64,000 bases of DNA from NCBI GenBank assembly GCA_964454265.1, contig CAYVXD010000001.1, positions 13,136 to 77,135 of the forward strand, given 5' to 3'. Below, in pieces: positions 42,810 through 52,744 of the stretch. Numbering within the stretch: position 1 is the first letter of the stretch; each line of letters begins with the position of its first letter. The DNA comes from an uncultured Candidatus Sumerlaeota bacterium. GTDB taxonomy: Bacteria > Sumerlaeota > Sumerlaeia > MWCT01 > JAUWMI01. Both the position numbers and the translations under genes were made by a program. The notes beneath the pieces are model-generated. The model ran no database searches and had not been told where the DNA came from. It worked only from the letters and a program-made list of their open reading frames with translations.

Positions 42810-44153
42810 TTACAGTAGCTGTCTTACCCGTCGGTAGAGCTCGCGCGCCCGCGTTTGTGTAGTTGCTTCAACAAAAAGCCGCAATACCGGTTCGGTGCCT
42901 GACGGCCGCAGATGGACCCAGGAATCCGAGAATTCCAACTTTAGTCCGTCTAATCGGCTGCGCTTTCGCGGCGATGGAAACTCTCGCTCTACTGCAGCAA
43001 ACAATTCCTCACTATCTCTGTGATCCAAACGCAGCTTCCGTTTAATCAATGCATAGTCTGGAATGCTGGCATTTAGTGTGGCAATGGTCTGATTCGTCTC
43101 AGCCATAGCCTGCAGGATGAACGCCATGCCCGTGGTGGCGTCACGGCCGGGATGAATAGCGGGAATGATTACGCCCCCATTGCCTTCTCCACCGATTTTG
43201 CCATGTACGGCGCGCAATTTCTGCACCACATGAGCTTCGCCAATTGGGGTGCGAAAGACGCGAACATTATACCGGCGCGCCAGGTCGTCAATTGCACGGG
43301 TGGTTGACAGGTTAACCACAACCGGGCTCCGCGTCTTGCTGAGAAAATGAGCAACCACGAGGGCAAGCGTCCGTTCATCCCCGAGCGGACGGCCTTTGGC
43401 GTCAACAATTGCCAGCCGATCAGCGTCAGGATCCAGTGCAAACCCAACATCCGCGCGCCAACGCACAGTAGCCCGGCTCAGCTGACCCAGGTTTTGCGCC
43501 AGTGGCTCGGGCTCGTGAGGGAATACTGCGTCGGTATCTGTGTTAATTGCCTTCACGCGGCAGCCCAGTTTGCGAAGCAGCAGTGGCGCAATTACCGAAC
43601 CAGCGGCATTACAGCAATCCACCACCACACGAAAACGGCAGCGGCGTATGCGCTGCACAGCCACAGCTCTGAGCACTTTCTTAACGTGCCGTTCAACCGC
43701 ATTCGCATAGAGCCTTACTTCGCCCAGATCATGCAGCTTCGCACGAATGAACCGCTGCTGTGTATAATAGCGTAGCAGGCGACGATGCTGCCTGCGGTAG
43801 AGAAATTCTCCACTAGCATTAAAAAACTTCAGCGCGTTCCACTCCGCTGGATTGTGACTCGCCGTGATAGCAATGCCTCCGTCGCTACGGAGCTCGCGCA
43901 CCATCATGCCAATAGTGGGCGTCGGGCATATGCCCAGATCCATTATCGTATAGCCGCATGACATAAGTCCGCCAAAGACCAGCTGCCGAAGCATCTCGCG
44001 CGACAACCGACTATCTGTTCCTACTACAATCTTATTTCCGCGCAGCATAGTGGCATATGCCAGAACGTAGCGCAGGAAATCCTCGGGCACCAGTGACTCT
44101 CCGATAATCCCCCGGATTCCCGCAACACTGATCATGGGCTGTGACGTGGCCAT
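42810..44153 (-). CDS. Phosphoglucosamine mutase / phosphomannomutase family (alpha-D-phosphohexomutase)
   Basis: Active-site Ser loop ITASHNP and the sugar-binding GEGNGG loop. Confidence 0.8.
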   Translation of the reverse strand: MATSQPMISVAGIRGIIGESLVPEDFLRYVLAYATMLRGNKIVVGTDSRLSREMLRQLVFGGLMSCGYTIMDLGICPTPTIGMMVRELRSDGGIAITASHNPAEWNALKFFNASGEFLYRRQHRRLLRYYTQQRFIRAKLHDLGEVRLYANAVERHVKKVLRAVAVQRIRRCRFRVVVDCCNAAGSVIAPLLLRKLGCRVKAINTDTDAVFPHEPEPLAQNLGQLSRATVRWRADVGFALDPDADRLAIVDAKGRPLGDERTLALVVAHFLSKTRSPVVVNLSTTRAIDDLARRYNVRVFRTPIGEAHVVQKLRAVHGKIGGEGNGGVIIPAIHPGRDATTGMAFILQAMAETNQTIATLNASIPDYALIKRKLRLDHRDSEELFAAVEREFPSPRKRSRLDGLKLEFSDSWVHLRPSGTEPVLRLFVEATTQTRARELYRRVRQLL

Positions 44154-44270
44154 GGAACTGCCTCCACTGTTGGGGCCGACGCACAAAAACAGTCGGCTGT
44201 GCTTTCCTCTTTTCTTTGTGCTGAATGCTCTTGAACTGACAGATGTACTTAATTAAAAACTGCAGAAAGG

Positions 44271-44286
44271 AATTTGCAAGCAAATT
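44271..44286. promoter_or_regulatory. Palindrome AATTTGCAAGCAAATT upstream of the phosphohexomutase gene (candidate operator)
   Basis: It shares the ATTTGCAAG half-site with the palindrome upstream of the ROK-nagB operon. Confidence 0.3.
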
Positions 44287-44371
44287 TGTTCACGCTTTTG
44301 CTCAAAGGCTGGGGCCGGCTGGCCTGATGAAAACCCCGGCTTGGTGATGGTAGAGCGAAGCCCAGTAGGCG

Positions 44372-45826
44372 CTAAACTGACTTGCGCATACTGGCAGGGA
44401 GAATTTTAATCTGTTCACGATACTTGGCTACAGTTCGGCGGGCAATCTGAATACCCCGCTCCCGCAGTAACTCAGCCAAACGTTGGTCGCTATATGGTTT
44501 TGCTGAATTCTCATCGTTAATTAATTGGCTGAGCTGCTCTTTGACACTCATGGATGATGCAGTTTCTCCGTCCTGACGTTTCAGGCCGCTGGAGAAGAAA
44601 AACTTGAGCTCGAACGTGCCTCGTGGCGTCTCTACGTACTTGTTCGTCGTCACTCGTGCTACAGTGGATTCATGCATGCCCACTGCCTCAGCGATTTCGC
44701 GCAAGGTGAGTGGCTTAAGGTGTTCAATTCCCTTTTTCAGAAAATCCTTTTGGTGGGTCATGATCGCTTCTGTGACCTTCAAGATCGTGTTCTTGCGTCT
44801 TTCGATATTTCGGATCAGCCAGACCGCAGCTTTATACTTCTCCTGGGCATATTCCTTCTCTTCTGGTGCAAAGCGGTTGTTTCCAGAGAGCAACTTGCGG
44901 TAGAATGTACTAACCTTAAGGTGGGTTGATGACCCTTCGTTCAAATAGTAGACGTAGCGGTCGTCTATTTTTTTAACAACCACATCGGGGGTAATGTAGT
45001 TAGGTTGCTCCTTCGTCTTGACTTGTCCGGGTTTTGGCTCAAGGCCAGCAATCGTGTGAAACGCCTGGACAATTCTATCCTCTGTTGTGCCAATGGCTCG
45101 TGCAATCTCCGGGAATTTCTTACGCTGGAGAAGGGCAAAATGTTCGTCAAGAAGCTGGTAGGGGAGCGGATCCTTGATACCCTTGTCAATCAGCTGGAGC
45201 CGCAGACATTCTTGCAAATCCCGTGCTCCAACGCCCACAGGATCAAACGTCTGGATCGTGCTCAGAATCTCCTCAACCTTGCTCGGTTCCACGCCGAGCT
45301 CGCGCGCCACTGCGTCTGTTGTTATTTCCAGATATCCATTGTCATTAGTATTGCCGATCAGATACGCCCCAATCTCAAAGTCTTTTCCCTCCAGGCCTGA
45401 GGTCCGCAGCTGCCACATCAAATACTCGTAAAGGCTGGTACGCGACGGGGTAAATTCGGTAAAATCCTTCTGCTCTTCGTCCTCAGCCGGAAAATAGACC
45501 TTGTTTTCTGCGTGCTCGTAGTATTCGTCCCAATTCACATCTACCGCTTGAAATGGTTCGTTCTGTTCCGTGCTGGCCGACTCAGATTGCTTCGTATCTA
45601 ACTGCTCTTGAGAGGTCGCAAGGGGGGGATTCTGGTCAGACGATTGCTCGGTTGAATCCTCTTCGTCTGTGGCTAGCTCCAGGAAGGGATTCTCCATCAT
45701 TTCCTGCCGCGCCAGCTGCTCGAGCTGCATAGAAGTCAGCTGCAGCAGCTGAATTGACTGCTGCATCAGTGGAGTCATCACCAGCTTTTGCGTTTGCTTG
45801 AGAACTTGATTCAGCGACAGCGGCAT
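44372..45826 (-). CDS. rpoN: RNA polymerase sigma-54 factor
   Basis: N-terminal Gln/Leu-rich activator-interacting region, and the C-terminal RpoN box ARRTVAKYRE with an HTH. Confidence 0.9.
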   Translation of the reverse strand: MPLSLNQVLKQTQKLVMTPLMQQSIQLLQLTSMQLEQLARQEMMENPFLELATDEEDSTEQSSDQNPPLATSQEQLDTKQSESASTEQNEPFQAVDVNWDEYYEHAENKVYFPAEDEEQKDFTEFTPSRTSLYEYLMWQLRTSGLEGKDFEIGAYLIGNTNDNGYLEITTDAVARELGVEPSKVEEILSTIQTFDPVGVGARDLQECLRLQLIDKGIKDPLPYQLLDEHFALLQRKKFPEIARAIGTTEDRIVQAFHTIAGLEPKPGQVKTKEQPNYITPDVVVKKIDDRYVYYLNEGSSTHLKVSTFYRKLLSGNNRFAPEEKEYAQEKYKAAVWLIRNIERRKNTILKVTEAIMTHQKDFLKKGIEHLKPLTLREIAEAVGMHESTVARVTTNKYVETPRGTFELKFFFSSGLKRQDGETASSMSVKEQLSQLINDENSAKPYSDQRLAELLRERGIQIARRTVAKYREQIKILPASMRKSV

Positions 45827-46108
45827 GGATCTGATGCCTCAGAAGAAATAGACAAGCAGACAACAGTAGCCTTCCAGAAATGAAATGTGTAAAAACAGGC
45901 CTTTTACTGACTTTTCTACTTAATATGATATGATCAGGAACATTTCGTGTCAACAGGAATTGAAAATCCTAAATTCCCCTGTTTGTGGAACTGTCACTTT
46001 CAGCTTGAAATCGTGTTATTTACGTGCTTAGATTTTGTTACTATAAAGGCTTATTCGCGAAAAGACATTTTTCACCTTTGCTGAACGAGAGAAACATCAC
46101 TTTTTTTG

Positions 46109-46137
46109 TTGACAAGACCACGAAGTTGCGATTTATA
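46109..46137 (+). promoter_or_regulatory. Sigma70-like promoter (TTGACA-N17-TTTATA)
   Basis: Read directly from the sequence. It is about 80 nt upstream of the 46215 ATG, which has an AGGAG RBS. Confidence 0.4.
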
Positions 46138-46214
46138 TTCTCCTTTGAAGTCCTATATTGTGTGGATATGAGAGTGCAACAAAAGGGTGCAAGTATGAAA
46201 CAAGGAGATTCACT

Positions 46215-47249
46215 ATGTTTGTAGGTAAGCAGTTTCTTCGTATGATTCTGTGCGCAGGGGTCTTCCTCATTTCCTGCCTGTGCGTTTATGCACAGGAGGT
46301 CATTATAGAGACACGCCCCGGCGGCCAGAATGTCGAGTGGTATAATGAAGTATCAGGGAAATGGACTGATAGTGTTGGGAAGAGCATAGCAAAAGGGTTG
46401 ACACCAAAGATTGGCTCCCGATTTACTAACTGGGAAGATGCAGAATCCTCTGCGGCTCGTTTTATACCGAACCTACCTGCTGCAGGCTTCTATGAGGTCT
46501 TCGTCACATGGCCTCTACAGGGCAATGCCCGACGGGTGAAGTACATTATTCACCATGCTGATGGCGATTCTATTGTTTATATGAACCAGGATGGGTGGGG
46601 CGTTCTGACGCGCGGCGCAGGAAACGGAAATATGTGGCATTCGCTGGGAACGTATCGATTTAATGCAGGACAAAGGGGCTATATTGAGATTGCAGACGAA
46701 GAAACTCAGGGAAAGCCAGACAGCCGGAACTGGGGCCGTGCATATGCTGATGCTGCAAGATTCGTCTTTGTTTCTTCCGCTCGACCGGTTGCCACCATGC
46801 CGCCCCCATCGCCTACTTTTGCCCCAGTCATACGTGCTACACCTGTAAGAACTCCCGTTCCCATTGTGACAATAGCACCAACACCGATTCTTGCTGTGCA
46901 GCCCACAATTTCAGAAGATTCGATCCAGTGGGTCACGGATATCTATAAGGCGCAGCGCAGGGCCCGGGCTGAAAATCGTAAGATCATGCTTTATTTTTAC
47001 TCCGATAAGAGCCGATATTATCAAAAATACGAAACCGAGACGTTGAGCGAGGGCGTTGTTGTTCAATTTCTGAATAAAAATTATGTCTCCGTTAAATTCG
47101 ACTTTTTGCGATTTTCTTCCGAAGCCTTCAGCCTTGGTGCCTATAAAGCCCCTACCTTCATTTTCTACGATCCAAACGGAAACCCAAAAGGAAAGATTGA
47201 CACCTTTCTTCCGGCCCAGGAGTTCCTCGACACCATTCGGCTGTTTTGA
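46215..47249 (+). CDS. Hypothetical secreted protein with a C-terminal thioredoxin-like fold lacking CxxC
   Basis: Signal peptide MFVGKQFLRMILCAGVFLISCLCVYAQ. The C-terminal IMLYFYSDKSRYYQK...FIFYDPNG resembles a thioredoxin-fold scaffold without catalytic cysteines. Confidence 0.4.
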   Translation: MFVGKQFLRMILCAGVFLISCLCVYAQEVIIETRPGGQNVEWYNEVSGKWTDSVGKSIAKGLTPKIGSRFTNWEDAESSAARFIPNLPAAGFYEVFVTWPLQGNARRVKYIIHHADGDSIVYMNQDGWGVLTRGAGNGNMWHSLGTYRFNAGQRGYIEIADEETQGKPDSRNWGRAYADAARFVFVSSARPVATMPPPSPTFAPVIRATPVRTPVPIVTIAPTPILAVQPTISEDSIQWVTDIYKAQRRARAENRKIMLYFYSDKSRYYQKYETETLSEGVVVQFLNKNYVSVKFDFLRFSSEAFSLGAYKAPTFIFYDPNGNPKGKIDTFLPAQEFLDTIRLF

Positions 47250-47447
47250 CGCCTATTATGGCTGGCCCTCGCATAATCCCCTTTACTTACTGTATTCCGA
47301 GTGTTGTCTTAATGGCGTGCGTTTATAGTCTTGAACGGACAAGCACTGAACTTGAGTCTCCTCTTTAGGCTCCTCTTATAATACCTTACCTGTAATCTTT
47401 CCGGTTGCGCATTTAAATTATGAACATTTGATATTTCAAAACTTAGG

Positions 47448-47469
47448 CTTGCAAATGTGAATTTGCAAG
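47448..47469. promoter_or_regulatory. Perfect 9-4-9 palindrome CTTGCAAAT-gtga-ATTTGCAAG (candidate ROK/NagC-type operator)
   Basis: Read directly from the sequence. It is located upstream of the ROK regulator-nagB operon. Confidence 0.35.
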
Positions 47470-47559
47470 CATTGAAATGCATCTATACCTCATGCACATA
47501 GTCACCTTTTTGTTTTTGTTTAAAGTCTGTACAGGCTGGTTAGAAAGAAAAGATTTTTC

Positions 47560-47588
47560 TTGACAAGTGGGAGCAAGTTAATTTTATA
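47560..47588 (+). promoter_or_regulatory. Sigma70-like promoter (TTGACA-N17-TTTATA) for the ROK-nagB operon
   Basis: Same architecture as the 46109 promoter. It is about 75 nt upstream of the ROK gene start. Confidence 0.4.
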
Positions 47589-47663
47589 TTTTACAAAACA
47601 TGGGTTAGTGGCGCCACATTATGGCTGGTTTCTATTAGAATTCTTTAATAGTCTGCTTTTAAA

Positions 47664-48866
47664 ATGGTGCATAAACGTACAGATTCCGTACTATTTAACA
47701 TTTGGAAAGAGGGTCCGATTTCGCGCGGCAATCTTTCCAATTTGATAAATCTCAACTTGCCAACAATATCCTACCTGGTAAACGAGTTGCTTCGCTCAGG
47801 AGAGATCATCGAGGTCGGCTTCGCGCTCTCCACTGGTGGCCGCAAGGCTCAACTTCTGGATGTGAATCCCAATTTTGGCCGTGCAGTGGCACTAGAATTC
47901 TCCTCGAAAGGAATCATGTCGGCCACCGCAGACTTGAAGGGCCGCATCCATAACGAAAAATTTGATGCCTTTTCACCGCGTGACGGTAAGAATCGCGCGA
48001 TTGAACAAATCTACCAGGCAATTGGGCACCAGATAAGTTATATTCGCAGGGATGAGAAGCAGGAGGCCAAAAAGATTGGCGTTGGAATCTCCGGCTTAGT
48101 AGATGAGGATCGGGGCATCTCCGTTGGATTTCCACGCTTCGACGAGTGGGTTGAAGTACCATTAAAGCAACTCCTTGAGAAGAAGTTCGGCATATCCACC
48201 ATTATGGAAAATCATATCTGCGCTACGACCCTTGCTGAGAATATTTTTGGAAAATACAAGGAATTCCGTAACATTCTGTATGTTCACCTCGGCCCAGGGC
48301 TGGGGTTGGGAATTATTATAAATGGGGATGTCTATAAAGGTTCGAAATTTAATGTGGGTGAATTCGGCCATACTACGATCGTTGAAAATGGCCCAATCTG
48401 CTACTGTGGCAACTACGGATGTCTCGAGACGCTCGCATCGGATTATGCCGTGATTGGCCAAGCCGAGGCGGCCCTGCGTGAAGGTGTCAACTCGCGTATC
48501 AGTGACTTCATGGGGAAAGATAAGAACCTCACGGCGCAGGCGATTTTCTCTGCCGCGGCCAGCGGAGATCGTCTGGCCTATCAAATAGTCGAGAGAGCAG
48601 GCCAGTATCTCGGCACTGGCATTGCCAACTTGATTAACATTTTGGCGCCAGAGGTGTTGATTTTCGGAGGGACCATGGCTGAAGCCGGGGATGGGCTCTT
48701 GATTCAGCCCATTTGTCGCACGCTTAAATCCAAAGCCTTACAGCGCCTCGGAAAGGACATTCAGATTAAACTGTCGAGCTTTGGGAAGCAGGAAGGAATT
48801 ATTGGGGCGGCCACACTCGCCCTTTATCATTATTACAGCAATCGCCAAAGCAAGGAGGTAAGTTAA
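47664..48866 (+). CDS. ROK-family transcriptional regulator (NagC/Mlc/XylR-like)
   Basis: N-terminal winged HTH (ISRGNLSNLINLNLPTISYLVNELL) and a ROK sugar-kinase-like domain with the Zn motif CYCGNYGCLE. Confidence 0.8.
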   Translation: MVHKRTDSVLFNIWKEGPISRGNLSNLINLNLPTISYLVNELLRSGEIIEVGFALSTGGRKAQLLDVNPNFGRAVALEFSSKGIMSATADLKGRIHNEKFDAFSPRDGKNRAIEQIYQAIGHQISYIRRDEKQEAKKIGVGISGLVDEDRGISVGFPRFDEWVEVPLKQLLEKKFGISTIMENHICATTLAENIFGKYKEFRNILYVHLGPGLGLGIIINGDVYKGSKFNVGEFGHTTIVENGPICYCGNYGCLETLASDYAVIGQAEAALREGVNSRISDFMGKDKNLTAQAIFSAAASGDRLAYQIVERAGQYLGTGIANLINILAPEVLIFGGTMAEAGDGLLIQPICRTLKSKALQRLGKDIQIKLSSFGKQEGIIGAATLALYHYYSNRQSKEVS

Positions 48867-49645
48867 TGGAGATCATTATTAGCAAGGACTATGACGAATT
48901 GAGTAGAACGGCAGCCGGGATTATACGCGATCAGGTCACAGCAAAGCCCAGTTCCGTTCTTGGTCTTGCGACCGGCGGCACTCCGATTGGAACGTACAAG
49001 GAACTGATCCGAATGCATGAGAAGGAAGGGCTGGACTTTTCGAAAGTTACCACGTTTAACCTCGATGAGTACGTCGGATTAGAGCCTACTCATGAGCAGA
49101 GTTACCATTATTTTATGCACGAGAATCTGTTCAATCACATCAATGTGAATCCAGAGAATATTCATGTCCCCAGTGGCGTGGCACGTGATTTTGAAAGTTA
49201 CTGTCAGTCGTATGAGGAAGGAATAAAGGGCGCGGGCGGCATTGATTTGCAGCTGCTGGGAATTGGTGGCGATGGCCACATTGCATTTAATGAGCCCGGT
49301 ACATCACTCGCCTCACGAACTCACATAGACACCTTGGACGAGCAGACCATCAAGGATAACGCCCGTTTTTTCGACAAGCCAGAGGATGTACCGCGCTTTG
49401 CAATTACCATGGGTGTTGGTACGATCCTTGATGTAAAGGCCATTCTGCTGATTGCCAATGGAGAGAAAAAAGCCGATGTCGTTGCCGCTTTTATTGAAGG
49501 GCCGATCACATCCCAGGTGACCTCGAGCGCCTTGCAACTTCATCCGCGCGTGACCGTGGTGCTGGATGAGCCTGCTGCTTCCAAGCTGCAAAGGATTGAT
49601 TACTATAAGTGGGTATATGCGAACAAATCCAAACTTGCAAAATAG
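48866..49645 (+). CDS. nagB: Glucosamine-6-phosphate deaminase
   Basis: LGLATGGTPIGTYKELI and GIGGDGHIAFNEPG are NagB signatures. Confidence 0.85.
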   Translation: MEIIISKDYDELSRTAAGIIRDQVTAKPSSVLGLATGGTPIGTYKELIRMHEKEGLDFSKVTTFNLDEYVGLEPTHEQSYHYFMHENLFNHINVNPENIHVPSGVARDFESYCQSYEEGIKGAGGIDLQLLGIGGDGHIAFNEPGTSLASRTHIDTLDEQTIKDNARFFDKPEDVPRFAITMGVGTILDVKAILLIANGEKKADVVAAFIEGPITSQVTSSALQLHPRVTVVLDEPAASKLQRIDYYKWVYANKSKLAK

Positions 49646-49677
49646 CATAACATCAAGTGCAATGCAGGAATTTCCGG

Positions 49678-49710
49678 GGGCAGCACGTGGGGCATGCTCC
49701 CTTTGTTTTT
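49678..49710 (+). terminator. Possible intrinsic terminator after nagB (imperfect stem plus TTTGTTTTT)
   Basis: GGG(c)AGC...GCTCCC stem followed by a T-run. Confidence 0.3.
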
Positions 49711-49793
49711 GCGATAGCTCGCTTGGTTGATTTTTCGGACGGGTGTAGGAGTGATGAACTCCCCAGGCCAGACTTGAGAAAGAGGAGTGGGTT

Positions 49794-51713
49794 ATGAAGA
49801 GTGTAGCACAGCTTGTTGGCAACGTGCTTGAGGTCTCTGAGGTTGTAGCTGCGGTGAAGGCTGTGAAAGGAAAGCGCCACAGGAGCGTTCTATTTGGCGA
49901 CGCAGTTCGTCCATTAACAAAAGAGGAGATTGATGTCCTGAATTCGCAGGGTAACTATGCGCAGGATTGGACCCAGGTTTTAGTGAGCAAAGAGTTTAAC
50001 ATTCACCGCATCTTCAACTGCAATTTCTTTGGAACATGCGTCCTCGGGAATTATACGGCTCACGAGATTGCAGTAGCACCTGGCGTAAAACTGCCCAGTG
50101 GCCTCTACCAGAGCACAATCATAAATGCGGAAATCGGGAATAACGCGTTGGTGATGAACGTCGGCTATCTGGCCAACCATGTTGTCCATGATGAAGCTAT
50201 TGTCGTGAATGTGCAATCGCTTTGCGCAGAGGAGGGAACCAGTTTTGGTAATGGCACGGAGCTTCCAATTGCGATCGAGAGCGGTGGACGTGAAGTCCTG
50301 ACTTATGCCGACATCACCATTGCTGTTGCAGAGCGGGTCGCCACGTCGCGGAGCGACAAGGCTTTTCTTGATGCTTATGCTGACTTCGTCAAACAGTACG
50401 TTGAGGCAGTGACATGTAACAAGGGGATTGTGCAGCGCCGGGCCATAGTGCGCAATAGCGCTACTGTCTGCAATACTTTTATCGGTGCAGGCGCTGAAAT
50501 TGACAATGCCACGTGCGTCAGCAACTGTACGATCCTGAGTAATGAGGACGAGAAGACGCGAATTACGGATGGTGCCTATGTGGTCAACAGCCTATTGCAG
50601 TGGGGCTCAGACGTAACTTCCATGGCGATTGTAGATACCTCGGTGCTGACGGAGCATTCGCATGTTGCGAGGCATGGCAAAGTGACGCAGTCAATCATTG
50701 GGCCGAACAGCGGAATTGCCGAAGGCGAAGTTACCGCATCTCTGGTAGGCCCCTTTGTAGGGTTTCATCACCAGGCGCTCTTGATTGCCGCGTTCTGGCC
50801 GGAAGGCAAGGGGAACGTTGGCTATGGCGCCAACGTTGGTAGCAACCATACGTCCAAAGCGCCGGATCAGGAGATCTGGTGCGGAGAGGGGACATTCTTC
50901 GGTCTGGGAACCAACATTAAGTTTCCCTCTGATTTTACTAAAGCGCCCTACTCCATAATCGCCACGGCAGTAAACGCCTTACCGCAGCGCATAGAGTTTC
51001 CCTTTTCGCTTATCAACTCGCCAGCTGCCATGTATCCCGGTATATCGCCTGCGTTTGACGAGATCATGCCGGGATGGGTGTTGTCGGATAATATTTTTAT
51101 GATTAAGCGTAACGAAGGTAAGTACATGAAGCGCAATAAGGCCAGGCGGAGCACATTCGTGTTCGAGGTTTTTCGCCCGGACATTGTTGATCTGATGATC
51201 GAGGGACGTGCCCGGTTGCAAAATGTGAAGCAGAAGAAAGATCTATACACTAGCAGAGACATTAAAGGTCTGGGCAAGAACTACCTCCTTGAAGCAAACC
51301 GGGTGAGTGGCATTGATGCCTACACGTTTTATATTCAATATTACGCCTTACTCGGACTGAAGAAACGCGTTGCTGAGATTCTTTCGCGGGGCGACAAAGC
51401 CGGCGTTGCTCAGCTGCTCTCCACGCCCTCCGATGACGCGCGCTGGGAGCATGAGCGCAAGATCTTACAACGCGAGCTGCCTTCGAATGACGTTGCCGCG
51501 AATCTTCAGCTGCTGGTAACAATGCAAGAGAAGATTGCAAAAGATGTACAAATCTCGAAGGAGAAAGATGATAAGCGGGGTACCCGCATCATTGCGGATT
51601 ATGCCGAGGCGCATGCGCCGGCTTCAGAAGATAGCTTTGTAAAAGAAACATGGAAAGTTACCGAAGAGCTGAAGAAGGAAGTCGAACGTATGGTCGCGCA
51701 GCTTGCTGCCTGA
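49794..51713 (+). CDS. Hypothetical protein, probably a left-handed beta-helix-containing DUF4954-like family member
   Basis: Roughly 640 aa with hexapeptide-like repeats rich in N/V/G/T. This family is often adjacent to nagB in Bacteroidota-type genomes. The assignment is from memory only. Confidence 0.35.
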   Translation: MKSVAQLVGNVLEVSEVVAAVKAVKGKRHRSVLFGDAVRPLTKEEIDVLNSQGNYAQDWTQVLVSKEFNIHRIFNCNFFGTCVLGNYTAHEIAVAPGVKLPSGLYQSTIINAEIGNNALVMNVGYLANHVVHDEAIVVNVQSLCAEEGTSFGNGTELPIAIESGGREVLTYADITIAVAERVATSRSDKAFLDAYADFVKQYVEAVTCNKGIVQRRAIVRNSATVCNTFIGAGAEIDNATCVSNCTILSNEDEKTRITDGAYVVNSLLQWGSDVTSMAIVDTSVLTEHSHVARHGKVTQSIIGPNSGIAEGEVTASLVGPFVGFHHQALLIAAFWPEGKGNVGYGANVGSNHTSKAPDQEIWCGEGTFFGLGTNIKFPSDFTKAPYSIIATAVNALPQRIEFPFSLINSPAAMYPGISPAFDEIMPGWVLSDNIFMIKRNEGKYMKRNKARRSTFVFEVFRPDIVDLMIEGRARLQNVKQKKDLYTSRDIKGLGKNYLLEANRVSGIDAYTFYIQYYALLGLKKRVAEILSRGDKAGVAQLLSTPSDDARWEHERKILQRELPSNDVAANLQLLVTMQEKIAKDVQISKEKDDKRGTRIIADYAEAHAPASEDSFVKETWKVTEELKKEVERMVAQLAA

Positions 51714-51853
51714 TCTGCTATACTGCCTGATAAGAGGCAGCACCGGGATCGGTTGTGCACTAGTGCATGGCCAAGGTTGTTCTGACGGATACGTGCCCGC
51801 CAGTGGCACATAGTCGGGAAAGCATCGTCCTGCATTAAAAGGCGAAAGATTTT

Positions 51854-51881
51854 GTAGGGGCAATTCATGAATTGCCCCTAC
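51854..51881. repeat. REP-like palindrome, copy 3 (GTAGGGGCAATTCATGAATTGCCCCTAC, perfect)
   Basis: Perfect 28-bp palindrome. The core is identical to copy 1 and it has the same TTTTGTAGGGG left flank and CTACAT right flank. Confidence 0.85.
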
Positions 51882-51959
51882 ATGCCTTATTGCAAAGTTG
51901 GGGCTGTACTAGCATCACCACAGTAGTTATGGTGTATATACATTGCAGGCTCTAAGTGT

Positions 51960-52060
51960 AGCGCCGCCGTCCCGGTCCGCCTCAGGCGGATCGTGAAGGC
52001 GTCTCGCCTTCACACCCGGAGGGCAGGATGCCCTCGATACAGTTCGCCGCGGCGAACGCT
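51960..52060 (+). other. GC-rich structured noncoding block: three tandem triloop hairpins closed by a long-range stem
   Basis: CCGCC-tca-GGCGG, GAAGGCG-tct-CGCCTTC and GAGGGCA-gga-TGCCCTC, enclosed by GTAGCGCCGCCG...CGCCGCGGCGAACGCTAC pairing. Confidence 0.4.
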
Positions 52061-52173
52061 ACCCATCAAAACAACGTAGACGGACTACCAGGCTGAAACA
52101 TCAGTTTTCCTGGCGGAAGGAATGCAATTGTTGGCGCTTAGAGCCATGCAGGCAAAGGACGAAGTGAAGAGCA

Positions 52174-52632
52174 ATGGAAATTGATGTAAGAAATAAGTCA
52201 AAAGCCAACCTGATTACGACCTACCGATTGAAAAAGATCACATCTCGGGTAGTAGGGACCCTACTGCACAAGAACGGTTTGCCTGATGGCGAAGTGAGCG
52301 TGGTGTACGTAGATGATTCCGAAATTGAAGCCCTGAATGCGCGGTATCGCCGTGTTCGAAAGCCAACGGATGTCCTGGCGTTTCCCATGCGGACCGGGAA
52401 ATTTGCCTCGATTCATCCCGCGCTGCTTGGTGATATTGCGATCTCTGTTCCAAGTGCGCGTAGACAGGCAGATCAGCTGGGACATCCTCTGGAACGAGAG
52501 CTTGCAGTTTTGCTCATTCACGGCTTCTGTCACCTGCTGGGATACAAGCATGAGACCAAAGCGGATGCCAAACGTATGAAAGCGCTAGAAGCGCAACTTC
52601 TCGCCCATATGGAAGAAGAGAATCTCTTATAG
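52174..52632 (+). CDS. ybeY: rRNA maturation endoribonuclease YbeY
   Basis: HGFCHLLGYKHE is the zinc-binding H3 motif. Length about 150 aa. Confidence 0.85.
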   Translation: MEIDVRNKSKANLITTYRLKKITSRVVGTLLHKNGLPDGEVSVVYVDDSEIEALNARYRRVRKPTDVLAFPMRTGKFASIHPALLGDIAISVPSARRQADQLGHPLERELAVLLIHGFCHLLGYKHETKADAKRMKALEAQLLAHMEEENLL

Positions 52633-52744
52633 TTGTAGGGCCTTTCAAGCACGCATTGTCAATCCTCCCGTTCTGATACCAAGCGTATTGTTTCCAGACA
52701 CCGCGTAAGTGGTTTTGCGGCGCAGGATCGGTGATTGTTGTTTC

